Shown piece by piece: positions 38,230 to 49,286 of a stretch of DNA of 64,000 bases. Position 1 is the stretch's first letter. Every line of letters starts with the position of its first letter. The position numbers were made by a program, and so were the translations under genes. Source of the stretch: Candidatus Poribacteria bacterium (GTDB lineage Bacteria > Poribacteria > WGA-4E > WGA-3G). The stretch lies in the NCBI GenBank assembly GCA_965205015.1, contig OZ242029.1:455937-519936 (forward strand), written 5' to 3'. The notes beneath the pieces were generated by a model. It made no database searches and was not told the DNA's origin. It saw only the letters and a list, made by a program, of their open reading frames with translations.

Positions 38230-39981
38230 TCAATCACCTGCCCATAACTTCTGCATCTCTCTGGAGGAAGCGAGCAGTTCATCCAACGTCCCGACCGCCT
38301 CAACTCGCCCCTCTTTCAGCACAACGATCTGATCTGCGCGACGGAGCGCGGGACGCCGGTGAGAAACAACGAGGCAGGTCGATCGCGTCGTCTCAAAAAG
38401 GCGTTCCCATAGGGTCTGTTCCGTCTCAACATCAAGACCAGACGAAAGATCGTCAAAAACGAGAAGATCCGAGTCTCGCACGAACATCCGTGCCGCCGCA
38501 GTGCGTTGCATTTGCCCACCTGATAATTTTACACCGCGTGGTCCAACGATAGTATCGAGACCGTCTTCAAGTGTTGGCAGATCCTGCTCCATGACCCCGA
38601 GCCGGATCGCACGGTTTAGGGTATCCCAATCCCACGGTAAACCCATGAGGATGTTGGCACTCAGTTTTTCGCTGAAGAGTTTCGGTGTTTGCGGTGTATA
38701 CGCGCAACGCGGTGGAACGAAAAACGACTTCGGGTCCTCAACGATTTCGCCGTTCCAGCGAATCTCGCCCCCCTGTTTCGGCAGAACCCCTAAGAGTGTT
38801 TGTACCAAGGTTGTTTTGCCTGAACCGATCTGCCCTGTAACAACGGTGAACGATCCAGCCGGAATTTTTAAATCAACCGCAGCAATGCCCGCTGCGTCGC
38901 CGTCGTAACGGTAGGTGAGTCCAGAAACGGTCAGCTCATTCAGCCGATCCACCTCTCGCTTTTGAGGGACAATGAGCGGCGGTTGGTTTTCCCGTAAATA
39001 TACCGGTGTGTGTTCGACTAATTTCTCCTCTGGCATCTCCTCAACGGTCTGCCCCATGCGGGAGTACGAAACCTCTGCGCGTTTGTGCTGTGCCATTATA
39101 CTACCAACGAGTGACCCACTCCTGGCAACTTCACCAATATACGTGGTGAAAAGTGCGAAATCTCCAACTGTAAATTCCCCTGTCTGCATCTGTTCTGCAA
39201 TCAGAATCAAAACCACGCCAGTAGCAAGATTGTTAATATTGAAACTAATGGATCGGAGGAGTTGATTGAACACATTATCCACCACCGTTGCCTTGCGGCG
39301 CGCATCGTTCAGCTTCTGAAAATGGTCAATCACATTTTTCTCCGTTCGTGCAACCTTCACTGCTAAGATGGATTGGAACAGTTCGTTGATAAAATTAGTC
39401 GACTGTTCGGTGGTGACACGCTGTGCCGTACGATATCTTTGAATGAATCGCCGTGACACGTTGACCACTGTGATAATCAGAATAAACGGGATAACCGTGA
39501 TGAGTGTCACCGCTACGTCAATCTGAGCCATCCAGATGATCGCCAAGATCGCGAAAATAAGATTCCCCCATAAGTGAATATATTGTTCCAGATAACTTAA
39601 AATCGCCTGAACATCGTCACGGAGTCGATTTGTCGTTTCACCGGAGGCAGTTGACACATTATGCGGTGCCGACATGTTCATAATGGCGGTCATCAGGTTT
39701 TTTCGCAGGAGCGTTGAAACAGCGTAACGCCAACGCGCCCATACGAATGCTGAAGAGATTAGCACACCTCGATCGGCAAGGTGCGCGACAACAAAGAGCG
39801 CAACGAATGTCCAAGCGTTGAATCCTACGCCCGATTCTCCAGTGAGGGCGTCAAAAAATCCCTTCCGAATCAGTCCCTCAAAGAATGGCATGAGGTCGTC
39901 CAATCCTCGGAAAAGGATGGTGCTGAGAAAGAGGACTGGACGGTAACGAATGAGACGAACGGATGCTTGCCCTGTTGTCAC
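38230..39981 (-). CDS. ABC transporter permease/ATP-binding fusion protein (exporter half-transporter)
   Basis: An N-terminal 6-TM domain, Walker [13 protein letters not shown] signature LSGGQMQR and Walker [13 protein letters not shown]. Confidence 0.85.
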   Translation of the reverse strand: MTTGQASVRLIRYRPVLFLSTILFRGLDDLMPFFEGLIRKGFFDALTGESGVGFNAWTFVALFVVAHLADRGVLISSAFVWARWRYAVSTLLRKNLMTAIMNMSAPHNVSTASGETTNRLRDDVQAILSYLEQYIHLWGNLIFAILAIIWMAQIDVAVTLITVIPFILIITVVNVSRRFIQRYRTAQRVTTEQSTNFINELFQSILAVKVARTEKNVIDHFQKLNDARRKATVVDNVFNQLLRSISFNINNLATGVVLILIAEQMQTGEFTVGDFALFTTYIGEVARSGSLVGSIMAQHKRAEVSYSRMGQTVEEMPEEKLVEHTPVYLRENQPPLIVPQKREVDRLNELTVSGLTYRYDGDAAGIAAVDLKIPAGSFTVVTGQIGSGKTTLVQTLLGVLPKQGGEIRWNGEIVEDPKSFFVPPRCAYTPQTPKLFSEKLSANILMGLPWDWDTLNRAIRLGVMEQDLPTLEDGLDTIVGPRGVKLSGGQMQRTAAARMFVRDSDLLVFDDLSSGLDVETEQTLWERLFETTRSTCLVVSHRRPALRRADQIVVLKEGRVEAVGTLDELLASSREMQKLWAGD

Positions 39982-41720
39982 TATATCATTTCCTCCAATC
40001 CTGTTCTCAGCAATCGCGAGAAAAGCGAATCCGGGTCCTGGACAAGTCGTTTGCGTTCACCGTGTTCCTGAATCTCTCCATTGGCGAGAATCATAATTTC
40101 GTCTACCTGTTGTACCGTTCCGAGTCGGTGCGCAATAATGATACTGGTGCGTCCCTTCAATAACCGCTGTACCGCGCTGTCAATCCGTTGCTCTGTCGCT
40201 GGATCAAGCCGTGAGGAAGGCTCATCAAGGATAACGACTCTTGGATCCTTGAGGAAAACCCTCGCAAATGCCAGCAACTGCGACTCTCCAGCAGAAAGCC
40301 CCGTGCCTTCAAGAAGTGTATCCAGCCCGTTTGGCAGGGATTCATACCACTCCAATAATCCGAGTTCCTCAATCACCGACAAAATCCGGTCGTCGGAAAT
40401 TTCAGTATCAAAGAGCGTCAAATTATCGCGCACCGTCGCATTGAAGAGTTGCACATCCTGTGTAACCATGCCGATTTGGTTCCGCAGATCATCCAGCAGA
40501 ATTTTCTCGATTGGCTTACCTCCGACGCGAATGTGTCCACTATTAATCTCATAGAACCGAAACAGGAGACGGGTGATCGTGCTCTTACCGCTACCCGTCC
40601 GTCCCAACAACCCGAGCGATTTCCCCGGGGTCAGTTGGAACGAAACATCTTTCAGCACAGACTCATCTTCGGTGTAAGCAAATGTGACATGGTCGAATTC
40701 AATGTCAAGCGCGCCGGATGCAGGAAGTGCTTCTGTTCCATCTTCAATACTTGAGGTGACGCGATAGAGTTCTTCAATCCGTTTGAACCCTGCAGTCGCC
40801 CGTTGGAGTTCATTAATCTGACGACCAATCATGATTAATGGACCTCGGAGCATCGCAGTGTAATGAATGACAAGGTAGACCGTCCCGATCGTAAACACCT
40901 CTATCTGATACAGGTAGATACTCATGCCCATCGCCAGCGCCACCCCTAATGCGAAAAGGATACCGCTTATGGTTTGTAGCACTTCTCCCATCACATGTGC
41001 TTTTACGGCTCTACCGTATACATCGCGATTTACATCGTAGAACCGATCCATGGTATACCCGATCCCCCCGTTTGTGCGGAGATCTTCAATACCTGTTAAC
41101 CGTTCTTCAAGAAACCCAAAGAGTCTGGAGTATCCCTCTCGCTCAGCTGTATAGACTGGAACAGCAATGTTTCGAGTCAGATTGTAAACGAAAATGGAAA
41201 CCACCACAAAACCCGTTAATGCGACACCGATCCGCCAGTCTTCGAGGGTGATCACAACCAAGATACCGCCGAGCAGCAATAAACTCCCCATCACCTGAAG
41301 TATGAACTCAGAAAAAAAGTTTGAGAGTGCCGCTGTATCCCCGTCAACGCGCTCCACCATTTCACCGGGGGTTCGCTCGTGGTGGAAGGACATGTCGAGT
41401 TGTAGACAGTGATGCGCGAGGTCACCGCGCATCCAGTTCGTTGCTCGCCAACCGATGTCTTGTCCTAAATAGGTGTTGACTAACATCAACACTTGTCCAA
41501 GAATCCCGATTGCCAAGAACGCAACACCAGCGATAATCAGGTCTTGTCTCTCGCCTCCCGCCTTTGCGGTATCAATGAAATAGCGGAGAATTTGTGGATT
41601 GAGTAGGGCTAGACCGATCCCACCGAACATGAAAAACGCGAGCAACGCCACGCGTATCCATTGCGGTTTCAGGTACTGTGAAAGGAGTGCGGCATATTGC
41701 CTGAAAGGTACTTTTTCCAA
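39981..41720 (-). CDS. ABC transporter permease/ATP-binding fusion protein (exporter half-transporter)
   Basis: Walker [10 protein letters not shown], a slightly degenerate signature LSAGESQ and Walker [13 protein letters not shown]. Its stop overlaps the start of the next ABC gene. Confidence 0.85.
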   Translation of the reverse strand: MEKVPFRQYAALLSQYLKPQWIRVALLAFFMFGGIGLALLNPQILRYFIDTAKAGGERQDLIIAGVAFLAIGILGQVLMLVNTYLGQDIGWRATNWMRGDLAHHCLQLDMSFHHERTPGEMVERVDGDTAALSNFFSEFILQVMGSLLLLGGILVVITLEDWRIGVALTGFVVVSIFVYNLTRNIAVPVYTAEREGYSRLFGFLEERLTGIEDLRTNGGIGYTMDRFYDVNRDVYGRAVKAHVMGEVLQTISGILFALGVALAMGMSIYLYQIEVFTIGTVYLVIHYTAMLRGPLIMIGRQINELQRATAGFKRIEELYRVTSSIEDGTEALPASGALDIEFDHVTFAYTEDESVLKDVSFQLTPGKSLGLLGRTGSGKSTITRLLFRFYEINSGHIRVGGKPIEKILLDDLRNQIGMVTQDVQLFNATVRDNLTLFDTEISDDRILSVIEELGLLEWYESLPNGLDTLLEGTGLSAGESQLLAFARVFLKDPRVVILDEPSSRLDPATEQRIDSAVQRLLKGRTSIIIAHRLGTVQQVDEIMILANGEIQEHGERKRLVQDPDSLFSRLLRTGLEEMI

Positions 41721-41721
41721 A

Positions 41722-41762
41722 TTTTAATTTTTTCCTTGCGGATTTTTAATTTTCCTTGCGGG
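41722..41762 (-). promoter_or_regulatory. Tandem ~20-bp direct repeat immediately upstream of the ABC/rSAM operon
   Basis: TTTTAATTTTTTCCTTGCGG / TTTTTAATTTTCCTTGCGGG on the plus strand, equivalent to CCGCAAGGAAAAxTTAAAA twice on the coding strand. Confidence 0.35.
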
Positions 41763-41811
41763 AGAACAACGGGGAAACACCCCAGCAAAAATATCGCCTT
41801 TTAACCGACAA

Positions 41812-42570
41812 CTAATTTCGTTTGAGTGATGCCCAAGTGATTGCGAGTTTCCCTTTACTCTCGACAGGCAGTCCAACGGTTGCAAGCCTTTTGAGGTCGT
41901 CGGCATTCAACGTCCGATCATAGATCATCACTTCGTCGATTAATCCTTTGAAGAATCTGGCACCACAGCATTCATCCCATCCGAACTTTAAGTTGACGAC
42001 CGTCTGTTCAATATGGGGAATGTCGTTTACCTCAGCATCAAGTTTGTCACTATCTCTGTGATAAATGTAACTCGTTGCTTTATCAGGTTCAATTGCTATC
42101 GCGACCAACGCCCATTTATTTTCTGGGATTTCTGGTGCGCCTTGCCAGTTCCACGTCAGTGCGGAGTTGTTGTTCCATACATACGTCAGGGTATTGTTCG
42201 CGGCGACCCCCATCCACCACGATGCTGGATCACTTCGACCGACGACAATTCCCGACCAATCTATCGTTTTCCAGCCGTTGATTCGGGCGATCACCGTGAT
42301 TGCTGTCGTTGTCAATTCAAACGTATCATCAACAACGACATGTCCGCCACCACCATCGAACTCAACGGCACCGTTCACCCAACCGTCGTCAGACCATTTC
42401 GCGCCTTTTTCCAAATTGGCATCGTTTCCGTTACCGGATTCGTCGTTTCCATTGCCATCAAGGGGCCAGTAACCGACAAGTCCTTCCGTCAGATCCGCTG
42501 CGAACGCGCCTGTAGACCAAAGACTCACGGCAACGGCTAAAACTATAATACCTTTCACTCTGTGCTTCAA
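41812..42570 (-). CDS. Secreted LamG / concanavalin-A-like lectin domain protein
   Basis: A signal peptide (KHRVKGIIVLAVAVSLWSTGAFA) is followed by LVGYWPLDGNGNDESGNGNDANL...NGAVEFDG...FFKGLIDEVMIYDRTL. The start is set at TTG with an upstream GGAGG. Confidence 0.6.
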   Translation of the reverse strand: MKHRVKGIIVLAVAVSLWSTGAFAADLTEGLVGYWPLDGNGNDESGNGNDANLEKGAKWSDDGWVNGAVEFDGGGGHVVVDDTFELTTTAITVIARINGWKTIDWSGIVVGRSDPASWWMGVAANNTLTYVWNNNSALTWNWQGAPEIPENKWALVAIAIEPDKATSYIYHRDSDKLDAEVNDIPHIEQTVVNLKFGWDECCGARFFKGLIDEVMIYDRTLNADDLKRLATVGLPVESKGKLAITWASLKRN

Positions 42571-42802
42571 TTCTTGCCTCCTTATGTTACATCCCACGCT
42601 TCCAGTGGTGGGAATTAAGAACGCTATTTTTGATAGAGAAAAACAGCCAAAGATGCTATACTTTAAACGAACAGAATCCCAAAAAATAACAGCACCTTCA
42701 TAAGCCCTTATCATACAGTAAAAAACGGTTTCATGCAAGAAAAATCGTGTAACTCACGTTAGGCATAAGGCACCATTGACGAAACACATGAGGACATTTT
42801 GA

Positions 42803-43696
42803 ATGATTGATCCGGAAAGTCAACCCATTATTGTGCTTGGTGTTGAGCGCAGCGGGACATCTGTCGTTGCAGAGATGGTGCACAGATGGGGTGCGTATGC
42901 GGGTCCTCCGGATAAGTTACATAAAGCCGATGCACATGCTCCCAGAGGATATTGGGAGTTTCTGCCTTTATGGGATCTGCTTGCTGAGCTAGGGGACTTT
43001 GATGCTGGAGCGACTTGGTGGGACCACGATTTCCAACAGCGAATGAAGAAAAAAGCCGATGATCCTGCCTCCAGAAAGAAAGCCACTGAACTCATGGCTG
43101 AAATGTACAAAGGAGGTCCCTGGTTTTGGAAAGACCCAGCACTGAGCCATTTTTTGCTGTTTTGGAAACAGATATGGGGCAATGCGATTTATATAATCAC
43201 GGTTCGCCATCCTTTTGACACCGCAGTATCCTGGCAGAAATTCATTATGCCATCTAACGTGAAAGCCCGTATCTCCTTCGTCGCGATGAATTTGCTACGC
43301 TGGCAGCATATAATGACGCAAATCTTGCAGCACACAGAGGATGCACAACACCGACTCTTTCTTGGCTACGAAGATATTATGCGTCAGCCACGCGCCCAAG
43401 CTGAGCAGTTGGCTTATTTTCTGAATTCAAAGTTTGGAAATCCAGTTTCATCCATTCAGGCAATGGTTGATGCAGTTGAACCTGAACTCTGGCGAAATGA
43501 TTGTGATATTCCGTTTGAACAGGTAACTGAAGCGACAGTGGAGCAGAAAGCCCTTTATACCTTTGCAAGGCGGAAGATTGATAACCCATTTGAGCCCTTT
43601 GACGTTGCAGAATATCCATTACCACCGGGATACCTTGAGTTCCTAAACATTCAAGAGGCATTACTGAAAGCCTATCGCGAACTTGGACACCGATGA
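42803..43696 (+). CDS. Sulfotransferase-family protein
   Basis: An N-terminal PAPS 5'-phosphosulfate-binding loop (IIVLGVERSGTS) and a later RHPFDTAVSW segment. Confidence 0.7.
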   Translation: MIDPESQPIIVLGVERSGTSVVAEMVHRWGAYAGPPDKLHKADAHAPRGYWEFLPLWDLLAELGDFDAGATWWDHDFQQRMKKKADDPASRKKATELMAEMYKGGPWFWKDPALSHFLLFWKQIWGNAIYIITVRHPFDTAVSWQKFIMPSNVKARISFVAMNLLRWQHIMTQILQHTEDAQHRLFLGYEDIMRQPRAQAEQLAYFLNSKFGNPVSSIQAMVDAVEPELWRNDCDIPFEQVTEATVEQKALYTFARRKIDNPFEPFDVAEYPLPPGYLEFLNIQEALLKAYRELGHR

Positions 43697-43744
43697 ATGT
43701 CTACAGCTAACACAACAGTTTTTGTCAGAGTATGAGGTTAGACT

Positions 43745-44119
43745 TTGTATATTGATATTGTCCCAGCACAAAATCATATACCTGATCATTACAGCGATTA
43801 CCTGCAAGGCTATCGCGCCGTCCGTTTGTTGGCAGAAGACAGCACAATTCTGGGTGAACTCGTTTGGCGTGTTGCATCAGGACATAATATTGAGATCACG
43901 GAATTCGGTATATTTGAGGAAGAGAATAAACGAAAGGGTTGGGGGACGCAGGCAGTATCTTTGGGAACTGACCCTGAACTAACAGGGAACCAAGTTCTTG
44001 TGGACGTTGCATGGATATGCCTAAACGAACTCACAGAACGAGATAGAGTGTTTCTATGGACTGCTGGCTTGTTGACAATTCCCGAATTTTCTGAGGAAAT
44101 TTGGCACTTACCGACTTGA
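43745..44119 (+). CDS. Small hypothetical protein, possibly a truncated GNAT-like fold
   Basis: An RKGWGTQAV segment resembles GNAT motif A. There is no other similarity. Confidence 0.3.
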   Translation: MYIDIVPAQNHIPDHYSDYLQGYRAVRLLAEDSTILGELVWRVASGHNIEITEFGIFEEENKRKGWGTQAVSLGTDPELTGNQVLVDVAWICLNELTERDRVFLWTAGLLTIPEFSEEIWHLPT

Positions 44120-44132
44120 GTGAGGAAGCTTC

Positions 44133-45056
44133 ATGGACGGAGCGATTCGTGTGGTGGAACAGTTGAAAGGTCCCGTCGTACCGGTGAATGTCTGCTTTGG
44201 TGACGATGACTCACTGGATATCAGTGCAATGCGGAAATACGTCAACTGGTTGTGTGAGCAGAACGTTCCAGTGATTCTCCTCACGTATGGTAGTAGCGAA
44301 TTCTGTAGCCTGACAGACGAAGAAATCTGGCAGTTGACTGCGGAGCTCGCAGAAGAAATATCAGGTCGCTCGCTTTTCATCGCTTCAACGGGTTGGTGGC
44401 ATCCCGGACAGTGCAGAGAGTTTTTGAAACACTGCGATGACGTGGGTGTAGACGCTGTCAAGATACAGATTCATCCGGGTTTAGGGGTGAAGCGCGAGGT
44501 CATCGTTGGCTACTTTGATAGCATTCAGGAGGCCGCGCCGATGCCCTTGTTGGTTTGGGGAGCATGGCAAGACCCCTATCCTGTGGACATCGTTGCTGAG
44601 TTAGCCAAACGTCCGGAAGTGGTCGGTATCAAGAATGACGGTCATCCGTTCTATGCTTACTATGACATCATTCGTGCAACCACCGACGAGAATTTTGTGG
44701 TGATCAGCGGTGGGCAGATGCGTAATTTCATGTTCGGCTACCCGATCGGTTCAACCGCATATCTCTGTACCATTGCTCCCTTCCGACCCGACATTGCGTT
44801 GGAATTCTACGATGCTTTAACCGCAGGGCGCAACGATGATGCACATGAGATTATCTTTCGCTATGAAGAACCTTGGCTCAAGGTAGCAACAAGATTGGAA
44901 TGGTTACCAAGCATCAAATCAGCACTGCATCTTCACGGACTCTATCCCAACCATCGCCTTCGAACGCCTGCTGTTTCGCACACAGACGAGAAACATCACG
45001 AAGTACAAACGGTGTTGGAGCAGGTCTTTGGGAACATCAAACTTGTGCGACTCTAA
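44133..45056 (+). CDS. Dihydrodipicolinate synthase / N-acetylneuraminate lyase family class I aldolase-like protein
   Basis: The N-terminal pattern VPVNVCFGDDDSLDISAMRKYVNWLCEQNVPVILLTYGSSEFCSLTDEE and a length of about 300 aa fit the DapA/NAL fold. Confidence 0.55.
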   Translation: MDGAIRVVEQLKGPVVPVNVCFGDDDSLDISAMRKYVNWLCEQNVPVILLTYGSSEFCSLTDEEIWQLTAELAEEISGRSLFIASTGWWHPGQCREFLKHCDDVGVDAVKIQIHPGLGVKREVIVGYFDSIQEAAPMPLLVWGAWQDPYPVDIVAELAKRPEVVGIKNDGHPFYAYYDIIRATTDENFVVISGGQMRNFMFGYPIGSTAYLCTIAPFRPDIALEFYDALTAGRNDDAHEIIFRYEEPWLKVATRLEWLPSIKSALHLHGLYPNHRLRTPAVSHTDEKHHEVQTVLEQVFGNIKLVRL

Positions 45057-45137
45057 TTGATGGACGCAAATGGTTAAACCCTATTCAGCCGTGATATCAA
45101 CGATCGTTCTCAATCTACTCGATGTACGCATACGCCA

Positions 45138-46025
45138 ATGAACCAAACAACTGAGATTACAGCAGAGAATGTGTGCGATTTTCTTAAAAAATTCGCTACA
45201 GATATATCTGTTGAAGATCTAAAACCTATATCCAATCGCCACCGCGGGGGTGATAACCTTACTTTCTACTACCGCGACGATGCTATCCTCAAGATTGCGC
45301 GTAATGCCTATCGAGCCAGGCTTCTAAAAGAAGCTAAACTCACAGAATACCTACACACATTATCCATGCCTTTCACTGTCGCAAAACCGATCATGGTACA
45401 CGACAAGGGATTCTATGCGGTGTTTTCAAGAATCAAGGGTTCTTCACTACCCATAGAAGCACTTGAGAAATTTACCACCAGAGAATTAGAATCCTTTGGC
45501 AAATCTCTCGGAACCTCTCTCACCTTTCTACACAGGCACAAATTTCCAGATGAGGTCTTAGACTATATCCCACACGCTGATGACCCTTTCGCAATGGCAA
45601 TTCGTGACACAAGGCAACAACTTGCCTTTATTGCGGAAAATACTACAGAAGTCGATACAAATCGATGGCGTGAAAAACTGGAAAACCTGCAGGAATCCTT
45701 AGATCAGAGGTGGGCTGTCGTTCACACCGATCTCCAAATAAACCATCTGTTTTTTGTACAGGAAGATCTTGAACAGCTCGTCATTATTGATTGGGCTGAT
45801 GCTTTGCTGCACGATCCAGCGATAGATCTATCTGAGTTCGCTATAGAGATGTATTCAGATTTACCGCCTGATGGTATTGTTGCCAAAAAGGTTATTGACG
45901 TGGTCCTGAAGTATTATCAGACAGATGATGCTGCGATTACAGAGAAGATTGAATTTGGACTTCTGGTTTTTGAAATTGGACGCGCCTACCAACGGGTCAG
46001 GAATTCGGTCGGACAGCCTAAATAA
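45138..46025 (+). CDS. Aminoglycoside phosphotransferase (APH)-family small-molecule kinase
   Basis: A catalytic loop HTDLQINHLFF and a metal-binding IIDWADA (DFG-equivalent). Confidence 0.7.
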   Translation: MNQTTEITAENVCDFLKKFATDISVEDLKPISNRHRGGDNLTFYYRDDAILKIARNAYRARLLKEAKLTEYLHTLSMPFTVAKPIMVHDKGFYAVFSRIKGSSLPIEALEKFTTRELESFGKSLGTSLTFLHRHKFPDEVLDYIPHADDPFAMAIRDTRQQLAFIAENTTEVDTNRWREKLENLQESLDQRWAVVHTDLQINHLFFVQEDLEQLVIIDWADALLHDPAIDLSEFAIEMYSDLPPDGIVAKKVIDVVLKYYQTDDAAITEKIEFGLLVFEIGRAYQRVRNSVGQPK

Positions 46026-46238
46026 TGTCTGATTTGTATACACACCCCAAGCTTGACCCTCTCCTAACTTATTTGGCGAAACCTGCCCTCTCCCGAATTT
46101 CGCCGTTGCTGTTTTTCTGAAGATGGTGTATATTACACCTAACTGTTTTTAAGGTTATAGCCGTTTTGGATCGTCAAGCTACCGTAATCAATAGGTTTTC
46201 TGTGTCTACAAACTCATCTGATGCAGGAAGGAGATTTT

Positions 46239-47405
46239 ATGAAAATTAAAGAAATTCGCGTCGTAGAAATCGAACTAAACCCAAAACCGACAACAACGCC
46301 GCGCACACCGAGTCGATCCGGAACATATCAATTGAATCGACCCATCACACGTTATCCCTCATTCAACAGAAAAGAAGGACACGTTTCCTATTCGGAATGG
46401 AAACGTCCCGCCTGCATTATAACGGCGGAAGATGGGACATGGGGTTTCGGTATCTCGCTTTATGGCGGTCCCGTAACCCGAATCATCTCAGATCACTTTG
46501 TCCCCTTCCTCGTTGGCGAAAATTGCATGGCAACTGAAAAAATATGGGACATGATGGTGCGATTGTCAGCTGCCTTCGGCGCAACCGGCTTGACGAGTTA
46601 CGCCATCAGCGCGGTGGATTGTGCGTTGTGGGACCTCAAAGGCAAAATTTTGGGACGACCGGTTTATGAACTCCTCGGCGGACCGCAAAAAGAAAAGATT
46701 TTCTGCTACGCCTCTGGGTTCGATCAGGAATGGTACATGGAACTCGGATTCAAAGCCACAAAACTCTTCACACCGTGGGGTCCAGAGCAAGGAAAAGAAG
46801 GCTTAGGCAAGTTGGAAGAATTGGTAGCAACGACACGGGAAGCGATTGGCGATAACGTTGACTTGATGTTGGACGCTTGGACCGGTTTTGACATAGAACA
46901 TACCGTCCGCGTCTGTGAAACGATGAAGCCTTACGGGTTGAAGTGGATGGAGGACTATATCCGTGCCGATGATTTTGTCGGCTACGAGACGGTGCGTCAA
47001 CGCCTCCCTTGGCAAACGCTCGCTACTGGCGAACATTGGTATCTGCCGACTGTCTTTGCGGAGGCGGCAGGACGACGGCTGGTTGACATCTTCCAACCGG
47101 ACGTTTTGTGGTGCGGCGGCATTACATCGGCAGCAAAGATTTGTCACATTGCTGAGGCGAATGGAATTTCCGTGATTACACACGGTGGCATGAACTATCC
47201 CTATGGTCAACATCTCGCCTTTGCGATGCCTGCCATCACGTGGGGTGAACGCTCCGAGGGTGTATCTGCCCCCGGTGTCCCTCTGGAGGAGATGGTCAAG
47301 TTGCCTGGCACTTCTGTTATCAAAGACGGCTATGTCGCTCCATCAGATGCCCCCGGCTTCGGTCTCGAAATTGATGAGGCATGGATAGAGAGTGTAATGG
47401 CATGA
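46239..47405 (+). CDS. Enolase-superfamily mandelate racemase/muconate lactonizing enzyme family (sugar-acid dehydratase-like)
   Basis: MKIKEIRVVEIEL..., metal-ligand context DLMLDAWTGFD ... WMEDYI, and length about 390 aa. Confidence 0.8.
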   Translation: MKIKEIRVVEIELNPKPTTTPRTPSRSGTYQLNRPITRYPSFNRKEGHVSYSEWKRPACIITAEDGTWGFGISLYGGPVTRIISDHFVPFLVGENCMATEKIWDMMVRLSAAFGATGLTSYAISAVDCALWDLKGKILGRPVYELLGGPQKEKIFCYASGFDQEWYMELGFKATKLFTPWGPEQGKEGLGKLEELVATTREAIGDNVDLMLDAWTGFDIEHTVRVCETMKPYGLKWMEDYIRADDFVGYETVRQRLPWQTLATGEHWYLPTVFAEAAGRRLVDIFQPDVLWCGGITSAAKICHIAEANGISVITHGGMNYPYGQHLAFAMPAITWGERSEGVSAPGVPLEEMVKLPGTSVIKDGYVAPSDAPGFGLEIDEAWIESVMA

Positions 47406-48175
47406 ATGACGAAATTACGATTGCCAATCGAGCGCGGTGGGAAGCCGAAGTCTTGAAAAAGAACGGCTTTACTGTGCCGTGGCTTGACCTCGATAGAGAT
47501 GATATTCTGCAATATGCTGAAGGGCAGCTTGACCCGATTCCGTATCATCTCTATCAAATCTATCCCGCGTATCTACTCAGAGATGTTGCGCGCAAAGATG
47601 TGTTGTGCCTTGCCGCAGGTGGAGGACAGCAATCAGCGGTATTCGGTCTGCTTGATGCCCGTGTGACGGTGATTGATTTCACGCGGGGGCAGCTTGACGG
47701 AGATATAACGGCTGCGAAGCATTACGGCTATTACGTAGAAACGCGACGCCTCAATATGCGAGATCTGTCCGCAATTGAGGACGCATCGTTTGATTTTGTC
47801 TATCAGGGTCCCTCCATGAGTTGGGTGCCATCCGTTCATGAAATCTATAGAGGCGTAGCGAGGATCATCCGTCCGGGAGGTCAGTATCGCGTGGATTTCG
47901 GCAATCCCGCCAATCATTTTTGGGAGTGGGATGGTGAATTCTATCGTGTTACCGAACCGTATTCTGAGCGCGTTTTCAGGTATCCAGACGGCGCATTCGA
48001 TTTCCGGCACTACCTGAGTGATATATTCAATGGACTCGTGGACAACGGTTTTCGGATTGAGCGGGTTGAGGAACGTTCTTGGATCCAGCCAGATATTAAT
48101 GCTACACCGGGAAGTTGGACGCACGAGATGGCTTACAACGTGAGTTTTGCTATCGTCGCGAAGAAAGACGGATAG
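47402..48175 (+). CDS. Class I SAM-dependent methyltransferase
   Basis: Motif I is VLCLAAGGGQQSAVFGLLDARVTVIDF. The ATG overlaps the enolase stop (ATGA). Confidence 0.75.
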   Translation: MNDEITIANRARWEAEVLKKNGFTVPWLDLDRDDILQYAEGQLDPIPYHLYQIYPAYLLRDVARKDVLCLAAGGGQQSAVFGLLDARVTVIDFTRGQLDGDITAAKHYGYYVETRRLNMRDLSAIEDASFDFVYQGPSMSWVPSVHEIYRGVARIIRPGGQYRVDFGNPANHFWEWDGEFYRVTEPYSERVFRYPDGAFDFRHYLSDIFNGLVDNGFRIERVEERSWIQPDINATPGSWTHEMAYNVSFAIVAKKDG

Positions 48176-48318
48176 ATCTGAAAGACAGAGGTTTACTGTG
48201 GAGGAACTAAGTCTTCGCAAGGCGCACGCAAGCGAGCGTGAAAGTTTTACCCATTTCCAGATGGAGAAAAGGTAATAGGCACACGCCGTGTGCCGTCGCT
48301 GGAGCATATAGATCCATA

Positions 48319-49272
48319 ATGGCTATTGATTTCGTTGAAGCACTCTCCACAGATAACTTGACTGCCATAAGAGCAGCCCCTAAAACCGATGTTCACTCCC
48401 ATTCTTTTTTAAGTGCACGTCGAGAGAATGCAGAGCGTTGGCTCGGACGTCCGCTCACCAAACCGCCTCTCAAAATGAAAGGACTTGGCGGGATGATGGA
48501 ATACATAGATGCTGCTTTAGCACCGCACTTAGAACACCGCCAAGGTTTTGAGTTCATTGTGGTGTCAGCGATAGATGACGCAGTCCAAGATGGTGTCGTT
48601 ATACTTGAAATGAGTTTCGACATCCGGTTGCTTAAGTTTTATCCGGGGGGGTTGACCGAACTTCGCGCATTTATTGAACTGTTAGTTGAGCGGTATCGGG
48701 AGCACATTGATTTGCGTCCTGAACTCGGCGTTGCGCGCGAGTGTGCCGCCGATCCAAAATGGATGAAATTGGCACATCAAGCAATAGAATTGGCGTTTTT
48801 TCAATCAATCGATCTGTATAGCCATCAAGAGGCGTGTGCACCTGAAGCCGTGCAGTCCTTATATGCCAAGGCACGCGAAGTAGGGATGAAACTCAAAGCA
48901 CACGTTGGCGAGTTTGGCGGTGCAGAAGAAGTCCGACGAACCGTCGAAGTCTTGGATTTGGATGAGGTTCAACACGGCATTGGTGCTGCGGAATCGGTTG
49001 AAGTTATGCGGTGGCTTTCGGAGAATCAGATACAATTGAACGTGTGTCCAACGAGCAATGTGATGTTAGACGCAGTGCGGGATCTCGCCTCACATCCGAT
49101 CCGCATCTTATTTGACAACGGTGTGTCGGTGACCATTAACACAGATGATCTGATGATATTCGGTCAGAGCGTCTCCGAAGAGTATCGGAATCTTTACCGC
49201 GCAGGCGTCTTCAGCGCGCAAGAATTGGACGATATTCGGTGCGCCTCTCTCTCACCTTCGCCAATTGCGTAA
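48319..49272 (+). CDS. Adenosine/AMP deaminase-family metallo-dependent hydrolase
   Basis: A metal-binding DVHSH, a mid-region HVGEF and a C-terminal TINTDD, matching ADA family positions. Confidence 0.75.
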   Translation: MAIDFVEALSTDNLTAIRAAPKTDVHSHSFLSARRENAERWLGRPLTKPPLKMKGLGGMMEYIDAALAPHLEHRQGFEFIVVSAIDDAVQDGVVILEMSFDIRLLKFYPGGLTELRAFIELLVERYREHIDLRPELGVARECAADPKWMKLAHQAIELAFFQSIDLYSHQEACAPEAVQSLYAKAREVGMKLKAHVGEFGGAEEVRRTVEVLDLDEVQHGIGAAESVEVMRWLSENQIQLNVCPTSNVMLDAVRDLASHPIRILFDNGVSVTINTDDLMIFGQSVSEEYRNLYRAGVFSAQELDDIRCASLSPSPIA

Positions 49273-49286
49273 AGGAGAAATCAACT

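Noticed and set aside
38230-38303. Longer rSAM start at 38303 overlapping the ABC gene
   Set aside because: The internal ATG at 38207 has a strong AGGAAGGAG SD and removes the 74-nt overlap. The extension adds a Cys/Arg-rich segment with no homology.
41724-41906. 60-aa minus-strand ORF as a possible RiPP precursor for the rSAM/ABC operon
   Set aside because: It overlaps the 3' end of the LamG gene in another frame, has no SD, and its sequence has no leader/core features. It is more likely spurious.
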